This document shows positions 13,897-27,900 of a stretch of 64,000 nucleotides of DNA, in pieces (position 1 is the first letter of the stretch; every line of letters starts with the position of its first letter). The stretch is from Lytechinus pictus (lineage: Eukaryota): the NCBI RefSeq assembly GCF_037042905.1, contig NC_087245.1:43588001-43652000 (forward strand), read 5' to 3'. Position numbers and translations under genes: made by a program. The notes below the pieces were generated by a model, which saw only the letters and a list, made by a program, of their open reading frames with translations, did no database searches and was not told the origin of the DNA.

Positions 13897-14212
13897 ATGG
13901 TTATCTTATTTCTCTCTCGCCAAGTCTTATTGCCACAAAGCTAGTTATCCAGAAATTGTAATGTGTACTAGCCATGCACAATGTGATTTATCAAGTATTA
14001 CACAAAACGTAATCGGGTCGTTAATAGTGTTATGGCCCCTTTATGTATTGACAATATGTTATTTGCCAATTATGTGTCGTTTTTGTATCAATGGATTTTT
14101 AGAGTTATTGACAACGTATGTTACTATGGTTACGGCAAAATTAATTTTGAAGGGGAAAGACACGAAGTAAAGAAAAATGTATAGAATCCGATAATAACAT
14201 TTTCATGAATAT

Positions 14213-14330
14213 AGGTATATTTACCCAGGGTAGCCACTTCAGTTCCGAAAGCTGTTTTCCCGTCCCAGCGGGCCCTGCTATTATTATTACCCCGGCTTTA
14301 GCTGAGCTGCCTAGGCGCTAGCTGTCTAGG
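14213..14330 (-). mobile_element. Probable SINE 3' fragment (other degenerate SINE pieces at ~21605-21740 and ~54085-54280)
   Basis: Resembles marine-invertebrate SINE tails (recalled, not searched). The 21605 piece has a B-box-like GGTTCG and a (CA)n tail. Confidence 0.3.
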
Positions 14331-15015
14331 CGATGATTAGCAAGAATTATTTATTTTATTTCTTCTTAATTACACGTTAAATTATTAATACTCCTTAAAC
14401 TACTTAATAGCCAACGGAGGAGAATTATATAAATAATATATTTAAACAATTTTATGGGTTAAGAAGAAGAAAGTCAGTGGGATTTTTATTGCTGTGTATT
14501 TATTTATGTTTCTCTACAATATAGGAAGAAGATTCCTATATTGACTAGTACAAAAAACAGACTGCTACGTGACACGAGTTGGATGTTTCGTTAGAAGAAA
14601 CAAAGATTGAAACATATTATCAAACATATTATAACTGTGGGGCCCCTTTATCAATCAGTTTCATAACTGAAAATGTTACCCTGCGTAACAAACTAAAATA
14701 AATGAATAAGTATAAATTACATTTAGCAGGTTAAGACAAAAGTTAAAAGATAGGCCTATACATGTACTTTAATGACATTCATCAAATTCATGTTGAAGCT
14801 ACCAAAACCCTTTTGTCTGATCCATTTTCTCAATGTTTATAGTCAGAGAGGGTTCTGATTTGTATTGCTCTGAGATTAAAACGTGGATAAAAAAAATAGT
14901 AGTTTCCTTGCCATTTTTAAATTTGTTTTAGATAAAAGGATGATATATAATTCACATTTTTTTTTATTAATCAGAGCCCGATCAGCCTTCTACCATTACC
15001 CATAGACATGCCAAA

Positions 15016-15064
15016 ATGACGATTATACCGATAGTGATACTACTCTTTACATCCTGTTTTCCAG
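15016..15064 (+). CDS. ALF-like RDEL gene coding exon 1 (signal peptide MTIIPIVILLFTSCFP)
   Basis: aaaATG start; phase-1 donor cca g|gtagga; acceptor at 14972-14974 after a long T tract; candidate 5'UTR-exon donor GTGAGT at 13891. Confidence 0.65.
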
Positions 15065-15603
15065 GTAGGACTATCAAACCCGTTTGTTTTTGGACATTAA
15101 TCATAAAAGCACGACTGAGTAAAGTCCATTTAACGGATAGACTTAAGAAGTTAAGCGTTCTTGTTATGTTATGATGATATAGAAAATAAGTACATAAAAT
15201 CTCGTCGAAACTATTCCCTGATTTTTACTCATTATTTTAAGTAAACGTACTTCTTGAATTTCATAATCAGATAAATGGATATTATAACCTGGAAGTAAAC
15301 TTTCTTTCTATAAAGAGTAAAAAGTATGCGCTTGAATACTGCTACATCGTGTACATTGGGGGAATACGAAATCATTGATTTATTAACCTTATTTCTGGGA
15401 TATTTCGTGGTCACCATATATGACAGATCATCACTTCATATTTTTTATCTGAATTGTCTTATTCATTATTAAATCATCTATCGTTATCTGGTTATCATCA
15501 TTAGTTGCTGCTAATGCCTCAAAATCAGTCAGCCAAGTCAATTTGTTATCTATTATATCAGAGTACATGTAAAGGTGCCCTGCTTTTTTTTGCAATTCTT
15601 TAA

Positions 15604-16185
15604 AGTCAAAGTCCACCCCGGAAAATGTTTTATTTTAATAAAAAAATAAATCTATGTAACTCTGAAATTTCATCAGAATCGGATGTAAAATAAGAAAGTT
15701 ATAACATTTTAAAGTTTCGCTTATTTTTCACAAAACAGTGATATGCACAACCCAAGAACATGGAAATAAGACATTCGATGATGTTCCTCACTCACTATTT
15801 ATTTTGTTTTTATTGTTTGAATTATACAAGAGGCCTATTTCATTTTTTTATAGATTTGACAATAAGGAACAACTTTACTGAACCATATAGTATTAAACAA
15901 TGCTAATTCGGCATGTTCAGGGAGGAATTAATCGTTTTTCACTTGACAATGGGGAGAAAATTAGAATATTCCATATTTCATATCATAAAATACAAAATAA
16001 ATAGTGAGTAGATGACTTCATTAGTCTCCTTTTTTGCATTCCGAACAGGATGTGCATATATTAACTGTTTTGTGAAATTAAGCGAAACTTTATTTTACAT
16101 CCGATTTTGATGAAATTTTCAGTGTTATGCTTGTTGGATTTTATTAAAATAAACTTTTTATTGATTTTGTTAAAGGACTTGTCCT
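15604..16185. mobile_element. Kolobok-like (TTAA) non-autonomous element in ALF-like intron 1; relatives at ~55064-55710 and ~44094-44670
   Basis: ttaaAGTCAAAGTCCACCCC ... GGACTTGTCCTtta; shared internal inverted blocks (aaatttcatca-aatcggatg / catccgattttgatgaaattt). Confidence 0.6.
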
Positions 16186-16381
16186 TTATGGTTGAATTTC
16201 AAATCGGAATGCAAATACAGCGATTGGAATGTCCAGGGCCTACCGTATCATCCCTTATCAACCTTATGCAAACCTACATTAGTATGAAATCCCTGTTTTA
16301 TATGCATTAAATAGGTTTGCATTAAAACTCCCCAAGTGTAATCAATTAGTTTGCTAAAATCAATTTGTCAATTATTTTTAG

Positions 16382-16461
16382 AAATGAATATGGCATTGGA
16401 CCCAAAGTTGATAGCGAGTATTTCTTCAATTGTCAACGCACTTGCGAATGAAGAAGGACAG
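16382..16461 (+). CDS. ALF-like RDEL gene exon 2 (EMNMALDPKLIASISSIVNALANEEGQ)
   Basis: ttttag| ... CAG|gtatgt; phase 1-0. A/LDPKLI parallels G/LNPDFI in the paralog. Confidence 0.7.
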
Positions 16462-17120
16462 GTATGTGTATACCCTATTTGACCTAGGGTGTTGGTTTTT
16501 TTTTTGCTTTGTTTTGTTTTATTTCATTTCAAATTATGCTCATGCTTTAATTTACTTATTATTTCACATATGTACAATTTGTATTATTACGATGATAATC
16601 GTAACGATGGTAATAATACAAACAAGAAATAATATAATGTAAATAATTCTAAAATGAACTAGATTTTAATTCGTCATGCGGACGAATTAGGTGGTCTGTC
16701 GTATAGATAGATAAACAGGAAAAAAATATTTAAACAGATATTAGATTGAAAAATAGATAGACAAACAGATTTACATAATCAAACAGATACATACAAGAAA
16801 GATAATTATATTAGATGGATGGAGTGATGGATGGAGAGATAAATTATAGGTGGTTATATTAATAAAACATAGACATATAAAGATAGATATAGAGAGACAG
16901 ACATATAGATAGAGAGACAGACATATAGATAGATAGAGAGACAGACTTATAGATAGAGAGATAGATTGATAGATATATAGATATATAGATAGATAGAGAG
17001 ATGATTGGTGGTTATATTAATAAAACATATATAAACATATAGATAGAAAGAGAGACAGACAGATAGATAGATAGACAGATAGATAGACAGACATATATAT
17101 AGATAGAGAGACAGACATAT

Positions 17121-17313
17121 CATGAAGCTATTACGAGCTATCTCGTAATAGCTTCATGCTGCGTGGTCCTATCGCGTTATGTAAGCGGGCTCTAACTTTC
17201 GCCTGGCGGCTCGCCAATTGATGTTAGATATCGTTCCTTCGCCCGAAGGAAGCGATAACAAAGGATTAAGAGAGAAATTGGAAGATGGTTCTCCTTCTCG
17301 TGATAGCTTCATG
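17121..17313. repeat. 193-bp hairpin-headed module inside the GATA microsatellite (also ~26640, ~29264, ~32168, ~46350, ~53117 inverted; truncated ~24314)
   Basis: CATGAAGCTATTACGAG-ctat-CTCGTAATAGCTTCATG (17-bp perfect stem) ... CTCGTGATAGCTTCATG. Confidence 0.75.
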
Positions 17314-17396
17314 GATAGATAGACAGACATATAGATAGACAAACATATAGATAGACAGAGAGACAGAAATATAGATAGATAGAGAGACAGACATAT

Positions 17397-17451
<55 letters not shown>

Positions 17452-17968
17452 CATATAGATAGATACAGAGACAGACATATAGATTGATAGAGATCGAGAC
17501 AGAGATAGATAGAGAGACAGACATATAGATGAATAGAGAGACAGACATATAGATAGATAGATAGATAGATAGACAGATAGATAGATAGATAGAGAGACAG
17601 ACAGACAGATAGATAGATAGATATATAGATAGATAGATAGATAGAGACAGGCAGATGGATGGATAGATAGATAGACATATCTAAACAGATAGATACATAT
17701 ATATTAGACAGAGAGAGAGAGAGAGAGATAAACAGACAGATAGATATACAATGTAGGTAGATAGACAGACAGACATATGGATAGATAGAGAGAGAGGGAC
17801 GTATTCAAACAGAAAGATATATATTAGACAGAGAGATAGATATGTCATGTAGGTAGATAGACAGACAGATAAATAGATATGATATAAAAAAGTAATTATA
17901 ATCTGTTTTATTTTGCAATATTTTAGCTATTATTTGTTAGAATTCTTATAATTGATCGTGGGCAAGAT

Positions 17969-18906
17969 TACGAAAGACCATTAGTGCCACGGAGAAAAAA
18001 AAACACTATTTCTACTAATCTGTTATAACAGATTACGGTATTTCTACTAATCTGTTTAAACAGATTATAATCTGTTATAACAGATTACGGTATTTCTACT
18101 AATCTGTTATAACAGATTACGGTATTTCTACTAATCTGTTATAACAGATTACGGTATTTCTACTAATCTGTTATAACAGATTACGGTATTTCTACTAATC
18201 TGTTATAACAGATTACGATATTTCTACTAATCTGTTTAAACAGATTATAATCTGTTATAACAGATTAGTAGAAATACCGTAATCTGTTATAACAGATTAG
18301 TAGAAATACCGTAATCTGTTATAACAGATTAGTAGAAATACCGTAATCTGTTATAACAGATTATAATCTGTTTAAACAGATTAGTAGAAATATCGTAATC
18401 TGTTATAACAGATTAGTAGAAATACCGTAATCTGTTATAACAGATTAGTAGAAATACCGTAATCTGTTATAACAGATTAGTAGAAATACCGTAATCTGTT
18501 ATAACAGATTATAATCTGTTTAAACAGATTAGTAGAAATATCGTAATCTGTTATAACAGATAAGTAGAAATACCGTAATCTGTTATAACAGATTAGTAGA
18601 AATACCGTAATCTGTTATAACAGATTAGTAGAAATACCGTAATCTGTTATAACAGATTAGTAGAAATACCGTAATCTGTTATAACAGATTATAATCTGTT
18701 TAAACAGATTAGTAGAAATATTGTAATCTGTTATAACAGATTAGTAGAAATACCGTAATCTGTTATTACAGATTATAATCTGTTTAAACAGATTAGTAGA
18801 AATACCGTAATCTGTTATAACAGATTAGTAGAAATACCGTAATCTGTTATAACAGATTAGTAGAAATAGTATTTTTTTTTCTCCGTGGCACTAATGGTCT
18901 TTCGTA
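17969..18906. mobile_element. IS3EU-like non-autonomous transposon built of palindromic 32-bp repeats
   Basis: TIR TACGAAAGACCATTAGTGCCACGGAGAAAAAAAAA; 6-bp TSD CAAGAT at 17963-17968 and 18907-18912; sibling copies show the empty site gggCAAGATagct. Confidence 0.8.
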
Positions 18907-21900
18907 CAAGATAGCTAAAAAAAAAAAAAAAAAAAAAAAAATCATGTTCACCCGCGGACTCGAACCCCTGCCTGCATGATGGAATGAGAAGTAAGTCTGA
19001 CGCCTAACCGATTGAGCTAGAATATTTCCCATAGACTTAACACGTAAGCAAAACACCAGAATCTCAAATCCAATCTTGCAAGTGAATTACGGGCATGATC
19101 CCGACATCTGATCGGAAAATGAAGGAAACGCAACCGAAAGCTTAGAATCTCAGCTACAACATACTAAAAGCTCAGGGATAACTAGCAACAAAAATTGGAG
19201 ATATGGCTTACGAAATAGAAGAATGTAGAATCTAGTTTTGAGAAAAAGTCATGTCCCATAGAGATTACACGCAAAATGAGTAAAAATGACATGCCATTAT
19301 TATTTGCAATTTTTGAGGATGATCTGTTTATCAAAATGAAAAATAAAGGCAATAACTCAGAAAGAGTAAGAACTAAGCTACAACATATCAAAAATTGGGT
19401 GAAAATAGACCAATATTCACGGAGTTAGAGCAAGATTTGCATAATTATAATGACGTCATAATAGGCAAAATGGATTTTTTGACTTCCGACGCCATTTTGA
19501 TGACGTCATAATATAATTGAGGGTCAAATGAGACATGAAATTATATCTCTAGTTCATACTCTATCAAAATATGAAAAAAAAAATGGGGGTCCCCACGCGT
19601 TCTGAAGAGCTACAGCGGATTTTCTATAGGCATGTTTTTGCCCATATATGGCCTATAGTGAGAGCTCGCGCGCACACGTGCTGCAAACTTTAACGGGTGT
19701 TAATTTCCTTATTAATGGTCGTAGAAGGTTGATCAAGGTATCAAATTGCTCAAAATTATATGATCCATGCAATGAAATAAAAAAACCGGTGTTTCTGAGT
19801 TGCATTCAAGGCGTTACGCGCGGAAACGCGCGCGCATACGTTTGCGCGCGCAATTTTTTGAAATGCTTAAAATGACCTAAAACGTACTCTGTTTTGGTCA
19901 AAAAGTGATTTTTAGCATTTTAAAATTTTGACGCGCGCGTACGCGCGCGTCGTGACCTTCAGGTGACCTTTGATGACATGACCTGATGACCCTTGATCTG
20001 AAGTTTATGTCATGTGAATTTGATTTATTTTTGATAATTGATAATGGAGATATGATTGATAATGTGATTTTACAAAATGGCGTCTAGATGACGTCATGAT
20101 GACGTCATGACATTAAGATTCTTGCAGAATTGAGGTCTTATTGATGTTGATATGTGCTGATATTTTGATGATTATTGAATATGAACTTTCTGAGATTTGC
20201 TGTCCACAAGAAATGGAGGAAATAAAAATAAGAAATAAAAATAATAAATAACTAGATATTTAATTCGTCATTGGGACGAATTAGGTGGTCTGTCAGTCAA
20301 CTTGTCAATCATAATCATGAATATTATCATAATTATCATGATGGTCATCAGTAGCATAATCATGTCATTATCATGATCCTTTTGCTAAAAAAAAGTGCAT
20401 AGGAAATGGAAATAATCTGTGATAATGATAATCATGATTATAATAGTGAAGTATTAAATGAAGTAATAAAATTCAGTTGATGTTTGAATTGATAATTAAG
20501 AAGATAATGGTGATGATAATGATAATGATGGTGATGATGATGATGATGATGGTGATAGTGATGATGATGATAATGATTATGATGATGATAATGATTATGA
20601 TGATAATGATTATGATGATGATAATGATAATTTAGAAATTTTATTTTATTGACAACTTTGATCATGAGAACTAAATAAGCACTCTTGAAATTTAAATAAT
20701 TGAACATGTGTCAAAGCTATGTAAAGCTCCCTCCCCAATTTAGTCTTTGATGTCAAGTTTATCATCACTCTAAACAAAAGACTTCCAAGAATTGAGTGAC
20801 TCCTCACCACTCGTGCACTTATTTGAAAGAGAAAGGTTTATGAACCATTGCCTGTCAGTCTCATTGTCTACCACGCAAATCCCTGCCCATGAATGCTTCA
20901 GACCCTTTAATTTGTTGACTGTGAATCAGTACCTTTGTCAGAGAAGAGACCACCTGGAGGACATTAGCACCCGTAAATAATGTAATTAAAGTCTGTCCTG
21001 GGTCACTTTGAATAAAGTTGTTTATTATCATCCGAACAATTTTATTGTTATCATGGCAAATCATTTGAATAATAGAAAAAATATGGAAAAAATCCAAGGA
21101 TAATTTAAAAAAAAAAAAAAGTGGGGAAGGTCGAGACTTAATACAATGAGGGACAAAATGATGTCAAAAATGGGAAAAATGAAGTACTTGTCCTTTAACG
21201 CACCTCTTTTACGTTTCCTTTTTCCCCGCTTTTATTGGGGGGGGGGGGCGGAGGAGTACTTTCTTTTTTTATCACTAAAGTGTAAAGGCGGTGCTCCCTT
21301 GCCTTTAATCACTTATAATGATGATCATGATAATGACAGCGATGACAATTATTTTAGACCATGTACCTGATCCTCTGTTCCCCTTTCCCCCTTTTTTTCC
21401 TTTCTTTTCCAAAAAAAATCTACTGTTGTTTTACAACTGATGGAACAACATAAAGTATGAATTTTTCTTTAAAAAGCAACGAACAATTCCATTGTGATTA
21501 GTGGTATACCGCCATCTTGAGACGTCATCACCACTTATATCAGAAGTTAATTGCATGGGCGTTGTGACGTGCGCCTGTAATCTAAGCTACATTGAGGAAG
21601 TTATAAATTGCTGCAGATGTTCGAGGTTCGGGCCCTAGTCACGTCTATCGGACGTTGACGTTAAAGGTCGGTCTCGGGCGTAAATAATCATATCTGATTG
21701 ATACACGTCTGTATAAACTTAATTACACACGCACACACATAATGATAAGCTGGAATGTTGAGATATTTGTGCTACCTTGATAAACATACTTGGAAAATGA
21801 GAACCATATTAAAGACAATTATGATGATGAATATGTTGATAATCATGGCAATAATGAAAAAAGGGATTGTGATGATGATAAAAATACAGAAGATATGCTG

Positions 21901-24900
21901 AAAGAGGAAAGTCGACCATGATCTATCATTTCTATTTTCCTCTTTTATTTGTTTCTTTTCTCTCTTTTTCAACGGACTTCATTGGTGGTTGGTAGGAGGC
22001 TTTTGCCCCAAACCTTTGATGATGGCAAAAATATCATAAAATGATACGGCGATGATAATTTTCGGGAAAAATTGATAGTGACAGATCAGAATAAACTAAG
22101 ATTAATGATAAATACAACGCAGCTTGTGACCATGATAAAATTGGTAATGATGGTGATGATGGTAATGTTAAAAACAAAGAGAAACAGAGAAAGAAAAATC
22201 TTTCCTCTTTTAACCTCTCTCTCTCTCTCTGTCTGTCTGTCTCTCTTTCTCTCTCTCTGTCTCTCTGTCTCTCTCTCTCTCTCTCTCTGTAATATGTTTA
22301 TTATGATGATCATGATCATTAATATGCTCATGACCATTTGATATTACCAGAGATAAGCAACATAACGATCATCATTATGATCATACATAACATCATTATT
22401 ATCAGCATGGTCATCAACAGCATCATCAGGATCACTATCATAATCCATGTGATTAAAATGAACATAGGAAATGAACATAATCAAGAAAGATGGTGGTATA
22501 GGCATTAGATACGTAAAAAAGGCTTGATACTGAGAAATTATATGAAAAACATGGAAAATGACCTTTAAAATGGTTATTTATTGCAATATGTGTACCTATA
22601 TACATTCCAATGGACATAAGAAATAAGGTGAAAAAAAGAATAACAAAGAAAAAAAAAGTTGCAGGAGTCGGACTCGAACCCCTGCCTGCATGATGGAATG
22701 AGAAGTAAGTCTGACGCCTAACCGATTGAGCTAGAATATTTCCCATAGACTTAACACGTAAGCAAAACACCAGAATCTCAAATCCAATCTTGCAAGTGAA
22801 TTACGGGCATGATCCCGACATCTGATCGGAAAATGAAGGAAACGCAACCGAAAGCTTAGAATCTCAGCTACAACATACTAAAAGCTCAGGGATAACTAGC
22901 AACAAAAATTGGAGATATGGCTTACGAAATAGAAGAATGTAGAATCTAGTTTTGAGAAAAAGTCATGTCCCATAGAGATTACACGCAAAATGAGTAAAAA
23001 TGACATGCCATTATTATTTGCAATTTTTGAGGATGATTTGTCTATCAAATTGAAAAATAAAGGCAATAACTCAGAAAGAGTAAGAACTAAGCTACAACAT
23101 ATCAAAAATTGGGTGAAAATTGACCAATATTCACGGAGTTAGAGCAAGATTTGCATAATTATAATGACGTCATAATAGGCAAAATGGATTTTTTGAATTC
23201 CGACGCCATTTTGATGACGTCATAATATAATTGAGGGTCAAATGAGACATGAAATTATATCTCTAGTTCATACTCTATCAAAATATGAAAAAAAAATTGG
23301 GGGTCCCCATGCGTTCTGAAGAGCTACAGCGGATTTTCTATAGGCATGTTTTTGCCCATATATGGCCTATAGTGAGAGCTCGCGCGCACACGTGCTGCAA
23401 ACTTTAACGGGTGTTAATTTCCTTATTAATGGTCGTAGAAGGTTGATCAAGGTATCAAATTGCTCAAAATTATATGATCAATGCAATGAAATAAAAAAAA
23501 CGGTGTTTCTGAGTTGCATTCAAGGCGTTACGCGCGGAAACGTGCGCGCATACGTTTGCGCGCGCAATTTTTTGAAATGCTTAAAATGACCTAAAACGTA
23601 CTCTGTTTTGGTCAAAAAGTGATTTTTAGCATTTTAAAATTTTGACGCGCGCGTACGCGCGCGTCGTGACCTTCAGGTGACCTTTGATGACATGACCTGA
23701 TGACCTTTGATCTGAAGTTTATGTCATGTGAATTTGATTTATTTTTGATAATTGATAATGGAGATATGATTGATAATGTGATTTTACAAAATGGCGTCTA
23801 GATGACGTCATGATGACGTCATGACATTAAGATTCTTGCAGAATTGAGGTCTTATTGATGTTGATATGTGGTGATATTTTGATGATTATTGAATATGAAC
23901 TTTCTGAGATTTGCTGTCCACAAGAAATGGAGGAAATAAAAATAAGAAATAAAAATAAATAATAAATAAAGAAAGAAAATTCGGACAAACATAAGAGGTG
24001 ATCTGTCATAGACAGACCACCTAATTATAGTAGATGGATGGAGTGATGGATGGAGAGATCAATTATAGGTGGTTATATTAATAAAACATAGACATATAGA
24101 TAGATAGAGACACAGACATATAGATAGATAGAGAGACAGACTTATAGATCGATAGATTGATTGATAGATATATAGATAGATAGAGAGAGAGAGAGATGAT
24201 TGGTGGTTATATTAATAAAACATAGATAAACATATAGATAGAAAGAGAGACAGACAGATAGATAGATAGACAGATAGATCTAGACAGACATATAGATAGA
24301 GAGACAGACATATCATGAAGCTATTACGAGCTATCTCGTAAGAGACAGACATATAGATTGATAGAGAGACCGAGATAGATAGAGAGACAGACATATAGAT
24401 GAATAGAGAGACAGACATATAGATAGATAGATAGATAGATAGACAGATAGATAGATAGATAGAGAGACAGACAGACAGATAGATAGATAGATATATAGAT
24501 AGATAGATAGATAGATAGAGACAGGCAGATGGATGGATAGATAGATAGACATATCTAAACAGATAGATACATATATATTAGACAGAGAGAGAGAGAGAGA
24601 TAAACAGACAGATAGATATACAATGTAGGTAGATAGACAGACAGACATATGGATAGATAGAGAGAGAGGGACGTATTCAAACAGAAAGATATATATTAGA
24701 CAGAGAGATAGATATGTCATGTAGGTAGATAGACAGACAGATAAATAGATATGATATAAAAAAGTAATTATAATCTGTTTTATTTTGCAATATTTTAGCT
24801 ATTATTTGTTAGAATTCTTATAATTGATCGTGGGCAAGATAGCTAAAAAAAAAAAAAAAAAAAAAAAAATCATGTTCACCCGCGGACTCGAACCCCTGCC

Positions 24901-27900
24901 TGCATGATGGAATGAGAAGTAAGTCTGACGCCTAACCGATTGAGCTAGAATATTTCCCATAGACTTAACACGTAAGCAAAACACCAGAATCTCAAATCCA
25001 ATCTTGCAAGTGAATTACGGGCATGATCCCGACATCTGATCGGAAAATGAAGGAAACGCAACCGAAAGCTTAGAATCTCAGCTACAACATACTAAAAGCT
25101 CAGGGATAACTAGCAACAAAAATTGGAGATATGGCTTACGAAATAGAAGAATGTAGAATCTAGTTTTGAGAAAAAGTCATGTCCCATAGAGATTACACGC
25201 AAAATGAGTAAAAATGACATGCCATTATTATTTGCAATTTTTGAGGATGATTTGTCTATCAAAATGAAAAATAAAGGCAATAACACAGAAAGAGTAAGAA
25301 CTAAGCTACAACATATCAAAAATTGGGTGAAAATTGACCAATATTCACGGAGTTAGAGCAAGATTTGCATAATTATAATGACGTCATAATAGGCAAAATG
25401 GATTTTTTGAATTCCGACGCCATTTTGATGACGTCATAATATAATTGAGGGTCAAATGAGACATGAAATTATATTTCTAGTTCATACTCTATCAAAATAT
25501 GAAAAAAAAATTGGGGGTCCCCATGCGTTCTGAAGAGCTACAGCGGATTTTCTATAGGCATGTTTTTGCCCATATATGGCCTATAGTGAGAGCTCGCGCG
25601 CACACGTGCTGCAAACTTTAACGGGTGTTAATTTCCTTATTAATGGTCGTAGAAGGTTGATCAAGGTATCAAATTGCTCAAAATTATATGATCAATGCAA
25701 TGAAATAAAAAAAACGGTGTTTCTGAGTTGCATTCAAGGCGTTACGCGCGGAAACGCGCGCGCATACGTTTGCGCGCGCAATTTTTTGAAATGCTTAAAA
25801 TGACCTAAAACGTACTCTGTTTTGGTCAAAAAGTGATTTTTAGCATTTTAAAATTTTGACGCGCGCGTACGCGCGCGTCGTGACCTTCAGGTGACCTTTG
25901 ATGACATGACCTGATGACCCTTGATCTGAAGTTTATGTCATGTGAATTTGATTTATTTTTGATATTTGATAATGGAGATATGATTGATAATGTGATTTTA
26001 CAAAATGGCGTCTAGATGACGTCATGATGACGTCATGACATTAAGATTCTTGCAGAATTGAGGTCTTATTGATGTTGATATGTGCTGATATTTTGATGAT
26101 TATTGAATATGAACTTTCTGAGATTTGCTGTCCACAAGAAATGGAGGAAATAAAAATAAGAAATAAGAAATAATAAACTAGATTTTAATTCGTCATGCGG
26201 ACGAATTAGGTGGTCTGTCGTATAGATAGATAAACAGGAAAAAAATATTTAAACAGATATTAGATTGAAAAATAGATAGACAAACAGATTTACATAATCA
26301 AACAGATACATACAAGAAAGATAATTATATTAGATGGATGGAGTGATGGATGGAGAGATAAATTATAGGTGGTTATATTAATAAAACATAGACATATAAA
26401 GATAGATATAGAGAGACAGACATATAGATAGAGAGACAGACATATAGATAGATAGAGAGACAGACTTATAGATAGAGAGATAGATTGATAGATATATAGA
26501 TATATAGATAGATAGAGAGATGATTGGTGGTTATATTAATAAAACATATATAAACATATAGATAGAAAGAGAGACAGACAGATAGATAGATAGACAGATA
26601 GATAGACAGACATATATATAGATAGAGAGACAGACATATCATGAAGCTATTACGAGCTATCTCGTAATAGCTTCATGCTGCGTGGTCCTATCGCGTTATG
26701 TAAGCGGGCTCTAACTTTCGCCTGGCGGCTCGCCAATTGATGTTAGATATCGTTCCTTCGCCCGAAGGAAGCGATAACAAAGGATTAAGAGAGAAATTGG
26801 AAGATGGTTCTCCTTCTCGTGATAGCTTCATGGATAGATAGACAGACATATAGATAGACAAACATATAGATAGACAGAGAGACAGAAATATAGATAGATA
26901 GAGAGACAGACATATAGATAGATATATAGATAGATAGATAGATAGATAGATAGACATATAGATAGATACAGAGACAGACATATAGATTGATAGAGATCGA
27001 GACAGAGATAGATAGAGAGACAGACATATAGATGAATAGAGAGACAGACATATAGATAGATAGATAGATAGATAGACAGATAGATAGATAGATAGAGAGA
27101 CAGACAGACAGATAGATAGATAGATATATAGATAGATAGATAGATAGAGACAGGCAGATGGATGGATAGATAGATAGACATATCTAAACAGATAGATACA
27201 TATATATTAGACAGAGAGAGAGAGAGAGAGATAAACAGACAGATAGATATACAATGTAGGTTGATAGACAGACAGACATATGGATAGATAGAGAGAGAGG
27301 GACATATTCAAACAGATAGATATATATTAGACAGAGAGATAGATATGTCATGTAGGTAGATAGACAGACAGATAAATAGATATGATATAAAAAAGTAATT
27401 ATAATCTGTTTTATTTTGCAATATTTTAGCTATTATTTGTTAGAATTCTTATAATTGATCGTGGGCAAGATAGCTAAAAAAAAAAAAAAAAAAAAAAAAA
27501 TCATGTTCACCCGCGGACTCGAACCCCTGCCTGCATGATGGAATGAGAAGTAAGTCTGACGCCTAACCGATTGAGCTAGAATATTTCCCATAGACTTAAC
27601 ACGTAAGCAAAACACCAGAATCTCAAATCCAATCTTGCAAGTGAATTACGGGCATGATCCCGACATCTGATCGGAAAATGAAGGAAACGCAACCGAAAGC
27701 TTAGAATCTCAGCTACAACATACTAAAAGCTCAGGGATAACTAGCAACAAAAATTGGAGATATGGCTTACGAAATAGAAGAATGTAGAATCTAGTTTTGA
27801 GAAAAAGTCATGTCCCATAGAGATTACACGCAAAATGAGTAAAAATGACATGCCATTATTATTTGCAATTTTTGAGGATGATTTGTCTATCAAAATGAAA

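Noticed and set aside
15503..15570. Extra exon for the ALF-like gene (VAANASKS...)
   Set aside because: No phase-1 donor before an in-frame stop; the direct 15064-16382 splice already gives a coherent protein.
17169..17678. SIYL/YLSI-repeat ORFs (also near 24-33 kb, 46-47 kb and 52.6-53.3 kb)
   Set aside because: Translations of (TCTA/TCTG)n microsatellite, not genes.
19182..19875. Recurrent short ORFs (MICCSLVL..., MAYSESSR..., MFCLRVKS...)
   Set aside because: They recur only because the non-coding element core is duplicated; no domain motifs, and some copies are frameshifted in A-runs.
20438..20707. His-rich ORF
   Set aside because: Translation of an (ATG/CAT)n microsatellite.
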